A DNA stretch of 29,151 nucleotides from an uncultured archaeon (GTDB lineage: Archaea > Iainarchaeota > Iainarchaeia > Iainarchaeales > 0-14-0-20-30-16). The notes beneath the pieces were generated by a model. The model was not told the origin of the DNA. It was given only the letters and a program-made list of their open reading frames with translations, and did no database searches. Both the position numbers and the translations under genes were made by a program. Positions 8,814-17,634 of this stretch are shown one piece after another (position 1 is the first letter of the stretch; each line of letters opens with the position of its first letter). Where the stretch lies: the NCBI GenBank assembly GCA_964480435.1, contig CAYZSS010000009.1, forward strand, positions 1 through 29,151, written 5' to 3'.

Positions 8814-9305
8814 ATGGGTACAAATATAAAAATTAGAAGGTTTAAAAAAACAGATATTATTAAATTACACAATCTTTCTAAAAAAATTCTTAATATTACT
8901 CTTAGTAATTGTTATACAAAGAAGCAAGTTGATGTATTCCTAAAAAGAAATAATCGTAAGAGTATTCTCCAAAAGTCAAAAGAGAGAATTTATTTTGTAG
9001 CAGAAGACAAAAAATCAGAAAAGATTATTGGGTCAATTGCAATCAAAGATAATGAAATTACTAGTTTTGGGGTGGATCCTACTTTTCAACGATTGGGTAT
9101 TGGTAAGTTGTTATTTAATAAAATCAAAGAGTTAGCAATTAAAAATGGGTATAAGAAATTATTTGTATCTTCCAGTATCTTTGGTGTTGATATATATAAG
9201 AAATTAGGTTTTAGAGTTCTTAAAAAAAGACAACAATTAGCATATGGTGTTGAGTATATAGATACTTGGATGGAATACAAAATAAATAAAAATATAAAAG
9301 AATAA
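8814..9305 (+). CDS. GNAT family N-acetyltransferase
   Basis: Motif A is FGVDPTFQRLGIGKLLFNKI. The protein is 163 aa. Confidence 0.7.
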   Translation: MGTNIKIRRFKKTDIIKLHNLSKKILNITLSNCYTKKQVDVFLKRNNRKSILQKSKERIYFVAEDKKSEKIIGSIAIKDNEITSFGVDPTFQRLGIGKLLFNKIKELAIKNGYKKLFVSSSIFGVDIYKKLGFRVLKKRQQLAYGVEYIDTWMEYKINKNIKE

Positions 9306-9314
9306 GGTATTATT

Positions 9315-9719
9315 TTATTGTGATTTTCCTTTAAGTCTTGTTACTCTAATACTAGCATCTAATTTAATATATTCTACTTCTGTTCCTGGTTGTAAATCAG
9401 CTGAATTAATATCAGTAGGAATATTTGTTTCTATTGTTTCATAACTTTGTAAGTCCATTATTTGTATTGAGTCTCCAAGATTTGCAACTACTTGTGCATT
9501 TCCAGTGAAAATCTTTGGTTTCATTACGTCATCACCAGTGCTAGAAAGTAGATTTAATTTTTTGTCTGTGAATAGTGCAATAGCAACAATTCTTGCCTTT
9601 GCTGCACCATGTTTTCCTGGTTTGGATTTCTCGATACTTGCAATTTTACAAGGTATATCTTCAATAATAATAATGTTTCCAATTTTTAAACTATTTACCT
9701 TTTCGTATTCAAATTCCAT
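9315..9719 (-). CDS. eif5a: Translation initiation factor 5A (aIF5A)
   Basis: The hypusine loop is SKPGKHGAAKARI, within an OB-fold-length protein. I chose the start at ATG 9717-9719 (MEFEYEKV); the track's 14 extra residues look spurious. Confidence 0.9.
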   Translation of the reverse strand: MEFEYEKVNSLKIGNIIIIEDIPCKIASIEKSKPGKHGAAKARIVAIALFTDKKLNLLSSTGDDVMKPKIFTGNAQVVANLGDSIQIMDLQSYETIETNIPTDINSADLQPGTEVEYIKLDASIRVTRLKGKSQ

Positions 9720-9794
9720 GATAATCACTAATAAGTTTAATCTTATATAATTTAAAAACAAAAGGTATATATAGGTTTATGGTGTGTTTTTTAT

Positions 9795-10610
9795 ATGGGA
9801 GTTTGGAATATTTTTAGGGTAATTATCCTTGTATTTTTTGGATTACTTTTCCTATTTGCAATTGGTGCATTTGGGGTTAGTTATTTTGTTTCTAATTGTA
9901 TTCTTACTACTGGAACCGCTGAAGCAATTAGTGATAGCTCAGTAATTATGCTCCCTTCTTTAATAGGTACTGATCTGCCACCTGAATTAGCAGAATCATT
10001 TTCTAATACTGATGTGCAACAGGTAATGAAATCAATAATGAAAAATAAGGTTTATAGTATTATGGCTTATATTAAAGGAGAAACTGATACTGTTGAAGTG
10101 GGGCTTAGCACAGAAGAAACTAAGCAAATAATAAGTAAATTAGATTTTCCAGGGGTTGATAAAACTCAAATTACTGATGCGCAGTATGAGGAAATGGCAA
10201 ATTCTTTAACTCAAGATTTTTCCTCGGGTGAGGATTTTACGTCTGTTTTTGCCCCTCTAAGAGCTGGCTACTCATATGCTAAATCAGCATTCTATCTTTC
10301 TTTTGCAATATTACTGATTCTTGTGGGACTTGTATTTTTAATAAATTTTGGGGTAATGAAATCTTTATTTTGGTTGTTTCTATACTTTTTAATTAATTCT
10401 TTTATTTGGTTGGCTGTTGTTATTGTAAGCTATTTTGCTGTATCTGCTTCACTGGTTAGTGCATTTGCTGACATGCCTACAGAAATAAATGCCTTAATTT
10501 CCAAAGTTATTTCAAATATGTTTTTCAAATTTGGATTGGTATATTTTATATTACTTCTAATTGGGGTTGTGTTATTAGTTTTATTTTTAATTCTTAGAAA
10601 AAGAGTGTGA
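9795..10610 (+). CDS. Polytopic membrane protein, unknown function
   Basis: An N-terminal TM helix is followed by a soluble segment of about 130 aa and then a C-terminal cluster of hydrophobic helices. It is the first gene of a four-gene tightly spaced string. Confidence 0.6.
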   Translation: MGVWNIFRVIILVFFGLLFLFAIGAFGVSYFVSNCILTTGTAEAISDSSVIMLPSLIGTDLPPELAESFSNTDVQQVMKSIMKNKVYSIMAYIKGETDTVEVGLSTEETKQIISKLDFPGVDKTQITDAQYEEMANSLTQDFSSGEDFTSVFAPLRAGYSYAKSAFYLSFAILLILVGLVFLINFGVMKSLFWLFLYFLINSFIWLAVVIVSYFAVSASLVSAFADMPTEINALISKVISNMFFKFGLVYFILLLIGVVLLVLFLILRKRV

Positions 10611-10616
10611 TAAAAT

Positions 10617-11153
10617 ATGGGATTATATGATGAAGATTATATGCCAGATCAAGGCGAAGACGAAGAAGAAGTAAAACCAAAAGTAAGAAAAGGTAAAGGA
10701 AGATTACCGGGTGCTAAAAAAACATTAGATTTCTCTGGAAAAATGAGGACCTATCTAATTATTGCTCTTATTGCGCTTATAGTTTTAGTAGGGTTTTATG
10801 CAATATATTTGTATGCATCCCCTAATTTTGTGAAAATTGATTTTAAGGATAACCCTTTGAATTTATCAGAACAATCAAGTACAAAGATTCAAGTAACCAT
10901 TTCAAATAATGATTCTGAACCTATGAAAGACCTTATAATCTCAATAAAGCCATATGATAATACTTCAATAGTGGTAATACCTTCAGAAAGTCAACAGCTA
11001 TCAGTTTTAGGTCCAAGCGAAACAAGAGTATTGGAATATGATTTATCTACCACTGGTGATATTCTTAAAGGAAAATATTCTATAGAAGTAAAAGTCAAGA
11101 ATTCAAAAACAGAGTATGTTACTTACAAAACAATAACTATCTCTCTAGAATAA
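10617..11153 (+). CDS. Single-pass membrane protein with a CARDB/Ig-like extracellular domain
   Basis: The N-terminus is an acidic/basic cytoplasmic segment, followed by the TM helix YLIIALIALIVLVGFYAIYLYA. The beta-rich segment IQVTISNNDSEPMKDLIISIK..GPSETRVLEYDL..GKYSIEVKV is typical of CARDB-like domains. Confidence 0.5.
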   Translation: MGLYDEDYMPDQGEDEEEVKPKVRKGKGRLPGAKKTLDFSGKMRTYLIIALIALIVLVGFYAIYLYASPNFVKIDFKDNPLNLSEQSSTKIQVTISNNDSEPMKDLIISIKPYDNTSIVVIPSESQQLSVLGPSETRVLEYDLSTTGDILKGKYSIEVKVKNSKTEYVTYKTITISLE

Positions 11154-11168
11154 TTTTAGAGTGGGGGC

Positions 11169-11612
11169 ATGATTATGGATTTGGAAGAAAAAGAACAGAG
11201 ATATAGGTTTTTGTATACAAAGCTAGACTCTGAGCTCAACAAAGTTAAATCCATGAAACAAATTCTTGATGGTAAAAGAGCAGAAGTTTATAATCTGGTG
11301 GGAAATAAACAGGTTGATTTTTCTCTGCACATGGGTTCCGAAGAGGATATTTATAGTCAAATAAATAACTATATTGGGGAATTAGAAAACCTAAAGCATT
11401 ATCTTTCTCTGGAATTAGAAAAGATAGTTAGGCAGATAGGACTTAAGGATGCTCTAAAGAAGGGGCTAGGAGACGCGATAACTGTGTCTGGTGAAGATCT
11501 GCCTGTTGTATCCTACAAAGATCAAGAGATCGCAGATATTGAGACTAAGTACCAAGTAAGTAAGAAACTTATTGATAGCCTAAAAAGCAAGATGAAAGAT
11601 GATGCGAATTAA
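11169..11612 (+). CDS. Coiled-coil protein, unknown function
   Basis: 147 aa with heptad-like charged/hydrophobic periodicity and no TM segment. It starts 15 nt after the previous stop. Confidence 0.5.
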   Translation: MIMDLEEKEQRYRFLYTKLDSELNKVKSMKQILDGKRAEVYNLVGNKQVDFSLHMGSEEDIYSQINNYIGELENLKHYLSLELEKIVRQIGLKDALKKGLGDAITVSGEDLPVVSYKDQEIADIETKYQVSKKLIDSLKSKMKDDAN

Positions 11613-11648
11613 GTTGCTGTTTTTATTTTTTGCCATTTATTATTACTT

Positions 11649-12329
11649 ATGCCTGAATTTAAAAGAGAACCTTGGAAGAAACCAGAAGAGGTGAAATCTT
11701 TAAATATTTCTGGAAAACCAGCTGAGAAACATAACATCTTTGTTGACCATAAAGAACTTGGTGGTGGTATTTTTGGAAAAGTGTTTATTGGTTCACTTAG
11801 GTTTAAGGATGGTAAAAGAAGAAGAGTAGCAATAAAAAAGTTTTTTGGTGCTATTTCTGATAAAGACGTAGAAGAATATAGAAAAATAATATACGGTTTA
11901 AAAGCTGCTGATTTACCTGTTTTAAAAACTGATTTTGTTAAACTTCCAACTGGGGAGTGGGTTCAAGTACAAGAACTTTTTGGAGGAACAGAAAGAGGAT
12001 CGAAATTTTTAGATTCTCTGGCATTACATGGTTTACACAGTTATGAAGAAATAAAAGATATTGTTGATAAAGAAATAGAACTAACTATAAAAGTAGCTAA
12101 TTTAGGATATTCGCCACACCCTGATATGTTTGTTATAACTGAAACAGGAGGAGTTTATATTGGGGATTTTGATAGTCTTAAGCCTGGAGATTTTAGCTTG
12201 GGATTTGCAATAGATTTTTTCCATAATACTTTTGGTGGTGAGTGTTTAAATGCATTTAAAATTGCTCTGGAATGGTTTGGCTCAGCAGAATTAAAACAGG
12301 CTTGGAAAAGTTATTTGGCTAGTAAATAG
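11649..12329 (+). CDS. Minimal protein-kinase-fold protein (atypical ePK-like)
   Basis: The Gly-rich loop is LGGGIFGKVF and the VAIK lysine is in RRVAIKKF. EEYRKI looks like an alphaC Glu and SPHPDMF like a catalytic loop, with IGDFDS in the DFG position. The protein is only 226 aa and has no visible APE or C-lobe substrate region. Confidence 0.5.
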   Translation: MPEFKREPWKKPEEVKSLNISGKPAEKHNIFVDHKELGGGIFGKVFIGSLRFKDGKRRRVAIKKFFGAISDKDVEEYRKIIYGLKAADLPVLKTDFVKLPTGEWVQVQELFGGTERGSKFLDSLALHGLHSYEEIKDIVDKEIELTIKVANLGYSPHPDMFVITETGGVYIGDFDSLKPGDFSLGFAIDFFHNTFGGECLNAFKIALEWFGSAELKQAWKSYLASK

Positions 12330-12341
12330 TATTTCCTTTTT

Positions 12342-13223
12342 TTAAATAAATTGTATTTTTTGCAGATCTAAGATATTTGCAATTGATTTTTTTAATTCAT
12401 CTGCTGATTCAATAAACAGTTCTTTTTCAATATTATTTAGACTTATCTTTGCTGGTCCTAAAATTTGTCCTTTTTTAACATTAAAAGGTAAAGATATGGA
12501 TATGTCTCTTATGCCAAAAGCATTTTTTATATAAGATGAAACATGGATAATTTCCATTTTTTCTGAATTTAGTCTTTCAAAGAAGTCTTTAAAAGTCATT
12601 CCTGCTATACTGTGGGGTATTCCATTTTTACGACAGAATTTAAGTAATGACTCATCTGTTTGTTTTTGTATTGTAAGATATTCTGACTTGTTTTTTAGAT
12701 TAAGTAAAGGAATTGCTTTTCCATGTGTTCCAATACAAAATATTTTTTTCCCTAATTGTTTTTCAAGTCTTTTTGCATCTAGTTCTAATCCAAAACCAAG
12801 AACACAAAATTTTTTTAATATTATACGTAAAAAGTTAGTTATTTCATCAACTGGGTTTGTTACAACAATTATTTTGGTTTCTTTAGAGAATGTTTTTAAG
12901 GTGGTGATTAATTGTGATACTGCACTTAAATTAAATTTTAATTCATCTTGTCTTATTTCATAAGTATTATTTTTGTTTTGTAGGCTTTCTTCTCGTGCAC
13001 TATAATCCATTTCTGAAAGGGCAATTATAACATAATCTATATTTTTTAAATTTGTGATGCTTTTTATTGGCTTTACTTTTTTGCTATTTAACTCGCAAGC
13101 TAAAGACTTTGAACTTTTTGAGGTTTTACTAAAAAGATATATTTTTTGTACTTGTTTAAGATCTAACAAGTTTTCTGTTATTGCCTTTCCTACTCTACCG
13201 CAGCCAATAAGTAAAATATTCAT
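12342..13223 (-). CDS. mdh: L-lactate/malate dehydrogenase family oxidoreductase
   Basis: The Rossmann motif is ILLIGCGRVGKA. The protein also has VVTNPVDEITNF, LDAKRL and the catalytic-His block GTHGKAIPL. Confidence 0.7.
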   Translation of the reverse strand: MNILLIGCGRVGKAITENLLDLKQVQKIYLFSKTSKSSKSLACELNSKKVKPIKSITNLKNIDYVIIALSEMDYSAREESLQNKNNTYEIRQDELKFNLSAVSQLITTLKTFSKETKIIVVTNPVDEITNFLRIILKKFCVLGFGLELDAKRLEKQLGKKIFCIGTHGKAIPLLNLKNKSEYLTIQKQTDESLLKFCRKNGIPHSIAGMTFKDFFERLNSEKMEIIHVSSYIKNAFGIRDISISLPFNVKKGQILGPAKISLNNIEKELFIESADELKKSIANILDLQKIQFI

Positions 13224-13262
13224 AATTGAGTCCTTTCTTTTTAAAAAATAAAAAGAAGATAG

Positions 13263-13336
13263 TGGGAATGCCCGGATTTGAACCGGGGACCTTCCGATTA
13301 TCAGTCGGATGCTCCACCAGACTAAGCTACACTCCC
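13263..13336 (-). tRNA. tRNA-Ile (anticodon GAU), no intron, no encoded CCA
   Basis: I folded the cloverleaf by hand. The acceptor stem is GGGAGTG/CATTCCC (one G-U) and the D stem is GCTT/GAGC. The anticodon stem is TCCGA/TCGGA with loop CTGATAA. The T arm is CCCGG-TTCAAAT-CCGGG and the discriminator is A. Confidence 0.9.
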
Positions 13337-13431
13337 ACAGGGATTTTAAAAAATCCTATGCTGGCAAAATGACCATATCCCTAAAGGGATATTCCTTGCT
13401 TTTTCCAAAAACTTCACTTAAGTATAATCTT

Positions 13432-13475
13432 TGTAAGTTGCCCAAAAGAAAGGCATTTCGCTAGTTTTTTATAAG
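13432..13475 (-). repeat. tRNA-associated conserved motif, copy 1 (5' flank of tRNA-Ile)
   Basis: On the plus strand, tgtaagttgcccaaaagaaaggcatttcgc at 13432-13461 matches 27517-27547 with 3 substitutions and 1 indel. A ttataa box follows in both copies. Confidence 0.6.
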
Positions 13476-13681
13476 AAAAAAACAAGCTTACTCTTTTATA
13501 TAAGAGATTTAATGCAAATTGTTTTTAAAGGTTAGCCTTATTTTGTGCTTTTTTAGGGGTACCAGTTTTTTTGCGGGTGTGCAAACATTTTGCAAAGCTT
13601 TAAATAAGCTCTGGTTTGCTGTTTGTTGTGGTTTTTTAAATGTTGTGTTGTGGTTAATATATATTAACTTTTTATAGTGGT

Positions 13682-14614
13682 ATGGTGGGCTTCTTGAGTA
13701 AAGAAACTAAAGATATTAAAGATATATTTGTTGTTGGAGTTGGATCTCTTGGATCCTGTTTAGGGCTAAAATTAGCTGCTACAGGGCATAATGTTACTCT
13801 TCTTAGGAGTAGTAAGATTGCTGACTTTAAAGAAGGAAAAATTGCTTATATAAATGATAAAGAATACAAAATCCCAAAAATTGTTGAAAAAATACCCGTT
13901 TCTGCAAAATTTGACTATCTTTTTGTTACATGTAAACTTTATGATCTTAGAACATTATTAAAAGAAATAGCTCAAAAAGACATTAAATTTAATCTAATTA
14001 TATCAATACAAAACACTCTGTTTGATGATATGTGGTATTTTGATTATATTAAAGATAAACCGTTTTCTATTGTATCTGTTTATGAAGGTTATTACCTTAA
14101 AGGAAATAAAATTACAGTATCTGAACTTAAGGGCTGGTTTGTTGAAGATGATATTTTAGGAAAAGATGTAAGTAATATTTTGAATGATGCTGAAATAAAA
14201 ACAGGATTGGTATCTGATTTGCGTAGACTTAGAGCTGAAAAAACAGTGTTAAATTGTTTTTTAAATGCTTTATCCGCAATTGAAAATATGACTTTAAAAC
14301 AAATGTATGATAATATAAGAGTAAGAAAAAGAATGAAAGCAATATTTAATGAAACTTATGATGTTTTATCAGAGTTAGTAAAAATGAAAGCAAAAAGAAT
14401 GTTGTGGCAAGAGCTGATTAATAGGGTAAAGGAAATGAATCACTATTCAAGTACTTGGCAAGATGTTACAAATGGACGTAAAACAGAAGTTGCTTTTCTA
14501 AATGGATATATTGTAAGTTTAGGAAAAAGTCTTGGAAAATCAACTCCTGAAAATATAAACATAGTTGAAGAGTTCAGAAAAAAACACCCTGCTTTGTACT
14601 ATGTTCAGATATAA
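13682..14614 (+). CDS. panE: 2-dehydropantoate 2-reductase (ApbA/PanE family)
   Basis: The N-terminal Rossmann motif is VVGVGSLGSCLGLKLA. The C-terminal block STWQDVTNGRKTEVAFLNGYIV matches the PanE S-x-x-QD-x-x-x-G-R-x-TE-x-x-x-x-NG signature. Confidence 0.8.
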   Translation: MVGFLSKETKDIKDIFVVGVGSLGSCLGLKLAATGHNVTLLRSSKIADFKEGKIAYINDKEYKIPKIVEKIPVSAKFDYLFVTCKLYDLRTLLKEIAQKDIKFNLIISIQNTLFDDMWYFDYIKDKPFSIVSVYEGYYLKGNKITVSELKGWFVEDDILGKDVSNILNDAEIKTGLVSDLRRLRAEKTVLNCFLNALSAIENMTLKQMYDNIRVRKRMKAIFNETYDVLSELVKMKAKRMLWQELINRVKEMNHYSSTWQDVTNGRKTEVAFLNGYIVSLGKSLGKSTPENINIVEEFRKKHPALYYVQI

Positions 14615-14724
14615 AAAATGAAGGTAAGTAGGGTAAAAAAAGGAGTAAGAAAAAAGAACCTAATTTTTTAGTAATTATTTGTTTTTTTGTTTTACTTTAG
14701 CTGTTTAGAATTTTTGCCTACTTG

Positions 14725-15168
14725 TTAGTTCATTTTTTTCTTTATTATAAACCCTAATTCGGTGAATATTATTATTCCCAATATTAATGCAATTATTGAA
14801 CTGGAATTATAATATGCTATATTTGCAATTATGCTACTTAGTAAAGATCCGTAAAATATTCCATTAACAAATAAATCCATCTCTAGAAAAATTACACCAA
14901 GTAAAATGACAATTGTAGCAACACTGATTAAAATAAGTTTATTCTTTTCTGTTGCTTCTTTTGTTTCATTGAATAGTATATAACAGTTATCCATTTCTGC
15001 TTGATTTGGGGAATACCCATTTATGTCATAAACCGGTTTAACTGTGTTATAGCAATCATCCATTCCTACTTTGCAGAAAATGTTTGCAGCATAAAATATA
15101 AGAGAAGTAAACAAAATAGTGATTAATATAATAAATATTAGCTCTTTTGGTTTGTTCATCTTTACCAT
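14725..15168 (-). CDS. Small membrane protein, unknown function
   Basis: An N-terminal TM helix and two or three C-terminal TM helices flank a short Cys-containing loop. Confidence 0.5.
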   Translation of the reverse strand: MVKMNKPKELIFIILITILFTSLIFYAANIFCKVGMDDCYNTVKPVYDINGYSPNQAEMDNCYILFNETKEATEKNKLILISVATIVILLGVIFLEMDLFVNGIFYGSLLSSIIANIAYYNSSSIIALILGIIIFTELGFIIKKKMN

Positions 15169-15228
15169 TTATTATCACCAACATATAGATTGTTTTACTT
15201 GTTTAAATTACTTTGTTTATTATTGTTG

Positions 15229-15373
15229 TTTTTCATAAATTAAATAGAGATTTAATCTTTTCTTTTGTTTGTTTTAATTTGCATTTTTTTTAAATTAGAA
15301 AAAGGGGAAAAGCATATATATTATTTGTTTGTAGAGTATATGTCTTTTATGGTAAGGAGGGGTATTATGAAAA
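15229..15373 (+). promoter_or_regulatory. Duplicated promoter/5'UTR cassette, copy 1
   Basis: Nt 15229-15362 are identical base-for-base to 17635-17768 (134 nt). A 1-nt G indel follows, then 11 more identical nt that include the ATG. The cassette contains A/T-rich TATA-like boxes (ttttttttaaatta, catatatatta) and an AAGGAGG Shine-Dalgarno sequence. Confidence 0.8.
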
Positions 15374-17100
15374 TTAAATTATCAATATTATTTTTATTGC
15401 TAGTTTTTACTGTTGTATTTTCTGGTTGTGTAAATTCTGGTATTGAAAGTGTTGCAATGGGTTTACCCGAAGTTCAAGCTTTTTTAGCTGAACACCCTGG
15501 GGCAGAGTTTAGAACGGCTCTTTGGGAACAAGATGTTGTAGAAGAACATCTGGATTTAATTATAGCAGAGTGCGGAATACAAATGAAAGCTGTATCTTAT
15601 TGGGTAGTAGACTTTTTTGAAGATAAGGTACATGTATCGATATATATAAGACAAAGCGACAATCAAGTAATGTGTATGTTAACTAAAGGGTCTAATTTAA
15701 TAACTGCAGGAGATCCACAAAATATTGTTGTTACTTCTGAAAATAATGAACCAAAAACAAATAATGAGATTCTTTATTGTGGTGTAGAAAATTCTTGTGA
15801 GAATGGATTAGAGTGTTGGAATATTGATAGTAAGAACCAATGTGTTAAAGCTAGTCCTGACTTATGGTATTGTGAAGGTAAGGGTGAAGCAGTTGTTTCA
15901 GGGATATATCCACATACTCTAACTTGTGGGAAAAATGACGAAGTGCCTCAAGATACAATGTCAGAGGTTAGTTCTGATATAAAAATTAATGTAATTCAAT
16001 TAACAAATTATGATCAAATAGTTCATAGAACTCCTGAACAGGCAAGTATTTCAGCAGATGGAGGTAAATTTGCATTTTTTAAATTTGTAAAATATCAAGA
16101 TGGTGCTGAAGAAAACATAAGGAATGCAGTTTTTGTAGGAAATACATCAAGTTTAAATGACTCAAAGATGGTATTTGAAAGTGGAACCATAGTTTCAAGA
16201 ACTACTCCTGCTTATACTTATTATTACTTTGCAAATACAGGTGGTTCTACTGCGCTTTCTGAGGATGGAAAATATGTTTATTTTATGTCTGCGGATTCAA
16301 TCAGAGGTGCTTATGGAACAGACTCACCAATACATCTTGCAAGAGTAAATACTGGTACTTCTGAGTTTAATGCGATTGATTTTCCTGTGTTACCAGGGTA
16401 TGAAGAAACAAGACTGGCTAATTTCCAAATTAGTGGCAATAAAATATATTATGTTGCTCAATTGGTTAAAGAAGATCAAGACTCAAGAACATGGACTGAT
16501 ACTGGAATATTTAGTATGAATCTTGATGGTTCTAATAAAGAACTACTTGCAAAAACAATTGGTGGTGAATATCCTCACATATATTCAAGTAATATGAGTT
16601 ATGATTCATTAACAGACAAACTTTATTTTGAAGGACAAACAAATCCAAATATTGATGGTATTTATTATCTTGAGAACAATGGATTTAAAAAAGTTGATTT
16701 GTCTGAAGAATTAGGGGATAATGGATTAGTAGGAGTATATAATAATGAGATCATATTATCACGAAGTGGACCTGATTTTTCTTATAATGTTTTATCAAAA
16801 GAAGTAACAGAATTTGATTTTGATCTGTATCCAAGATATTTTATGACAAATAATGGAAATGTTGTTTATGGTAAAGTTAGTTTTAGCATTTACAATCCAT
16901 TATCAGAAGAAACAACTGTTATTATAGGAAATACAAAAGAACAAAATTCTGACTATAGGGACCTTAAATTTAGATTAGTAAATCAGATAATTCCATACAA
17001 CGGAGAAACAGCTAATAGTGATGGAAAAACAATTTTAGTACAAGAAGAAAAAACTGGTTTTGGAAATTACTATTTGATTAAAGTAAATGGTCAGAATTAA
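15367..17100 (+). CDS. Lipoprotein with Cys-rich module and TolB-like beta-propeller repeats
   Basis: The start at ATG 15367 follows AAGGAGG. The signal peptide and lipobox are LLLVFTVVFSGC. The Cys-rich segment is YCGVENSCENGLECWNIDSKNQC. Repeated SADGGKFAF / SEDGKYVYF / ISGNKIYY / MNLDGSNKELL motifs are typical of propeller blades. Confidence 0.7.
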   Translation: MKIKLSILFLLLVFTVVFSGCVNSGIESVAMGLPEVQAFLAEHPGAEFRTALWEQDVVEEHLDLIIAECGIQMKAVSYWVVDFFEDKVHVSIYIRQSDNQVMCMLTKGSNLITAGDPQNIVVTSENNEPKTNNEILYCGVENSCENGLECWNIDSKNQCVKASPDLWYCEGKGEAVVSGIYPHTLTCGKNDEVPQDTMSEVSSDIKINVIQLTNYDQIVHRTPEQASISADGGKFAFFKFVKYQDGAEENIRNAVFVGNTSSLNDSKMVFESGTIVSRTTPAYTYYYFANTGGSTALSEDGKYVYFMSADSIRGAYGTDSPIHLARVNTGTSEFNAIDFPVLPGYEETRLANFQISGNKIYYVAQLVKEDQDSRTWTDTGIFSMNLDGSNKELLAKTIGGEYPHIYSSNMSYDSLTDKLYFEGQTNPNIDGIYYLENNGFKKVDLSEELGDNGLVGVYNNEIILSRSGPDFSYNVLSKEVTEFDFDLYPRYFMTNNGNVVYGKVSFSIYNPLSEETTVIIGNTKEQNSDYRDLKFRLVNQIIPYNGETANSDGKTILVQEEKTGFGNYYLIKVNGQN

Positions 17101-17206
17101 TAGTATAAAATGAAAGTAAATTTACTTTAAAACAAAGTAAATTTATTTTATCTTTTTTTTTAAATTAAATAGAAAGTTATTTATCTTTTTTTCTATTTGT
17201 TATACT

Positions 17207-17590
17207 ATGCTTGATGAAATCTGTTCTTTATGTAATATATCTGAAAAAGATGTGGTTGACTGGCGAGAAGGTAAACTTTATCTTGATGATTCTGAATATA
17301 GTAAAACCTATAAAGGAAATATTATTTTGACTAAAGATCATTTAATTTTTGTATCAAAGAAAGGTATATTTACTTCAGCTAAAAAAAGGTATGATGTGGA
17401 ATTATCAAAAATTTCAAAAGTATCAAAAATATTTTTAACAAAAAGTTATTGTGTTTATGCTAATACTGCAGATAAAGGTGCAGGTTTTTTTAAAAGATTA
17501 TTTAAATATAAAAATATAAGGGTTAGTATGAAAGATGGGAAAGATTTTTTTCTTAATCTTAAAAAATTAAATCCAGAAGTTGAAGTGTGA
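17207..17590 (+). CDS. Small cytoplasmic protein, possible PH/GRAM-like fold
   Basis: 127 aa. GNIILTKDHLIFVSKKG resembles the bPH/GRAM core strand pattern. The assignment is weak. Confidence 0.4.
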   Translation: MLDEICSLCNISEKDVVDWREGKLYLDDSEYSKTYKGNIILTKDHLIFVSKKGIFTSAKKRYDVELSKISKVSKIFLTKSYCVYANTADKGAGFFKRLFKYKNIRVSMKDGKDFFLNLKKLNPEVEV

Positions 17591-17634
17591 TATTTTTTAA
17601 TATTTTAAATTAAATAAATAGACTATTATTTGTT

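Noticed and set aside
13263-13681. Integrated mobile element or att site next to tRNA-Ile, and likewise next to tRNA-Tyr.
   Set aside because: There is no integrase, transposase or direct repeat of the tRNA 3' end nearby. The unusual DNA lies on the 5' side of tRNA-Ile, not the 3' side used by most integrases.
15265-15366. N-terminal extension or uORF MFVLICIFFKLEKGEKHIYYLFVEYMSFMVRRG, present in both cassette copies (also 17671-17871).
   Set aside because: The 1-nt G indel puts it in frame with the downstream gene in copy 1 but out of frame in copy 2. A strong AAGGAGG plus ATG and a lipoprotein signal peptide start right after it. It is best read as non-coding promoter/5'UTR.
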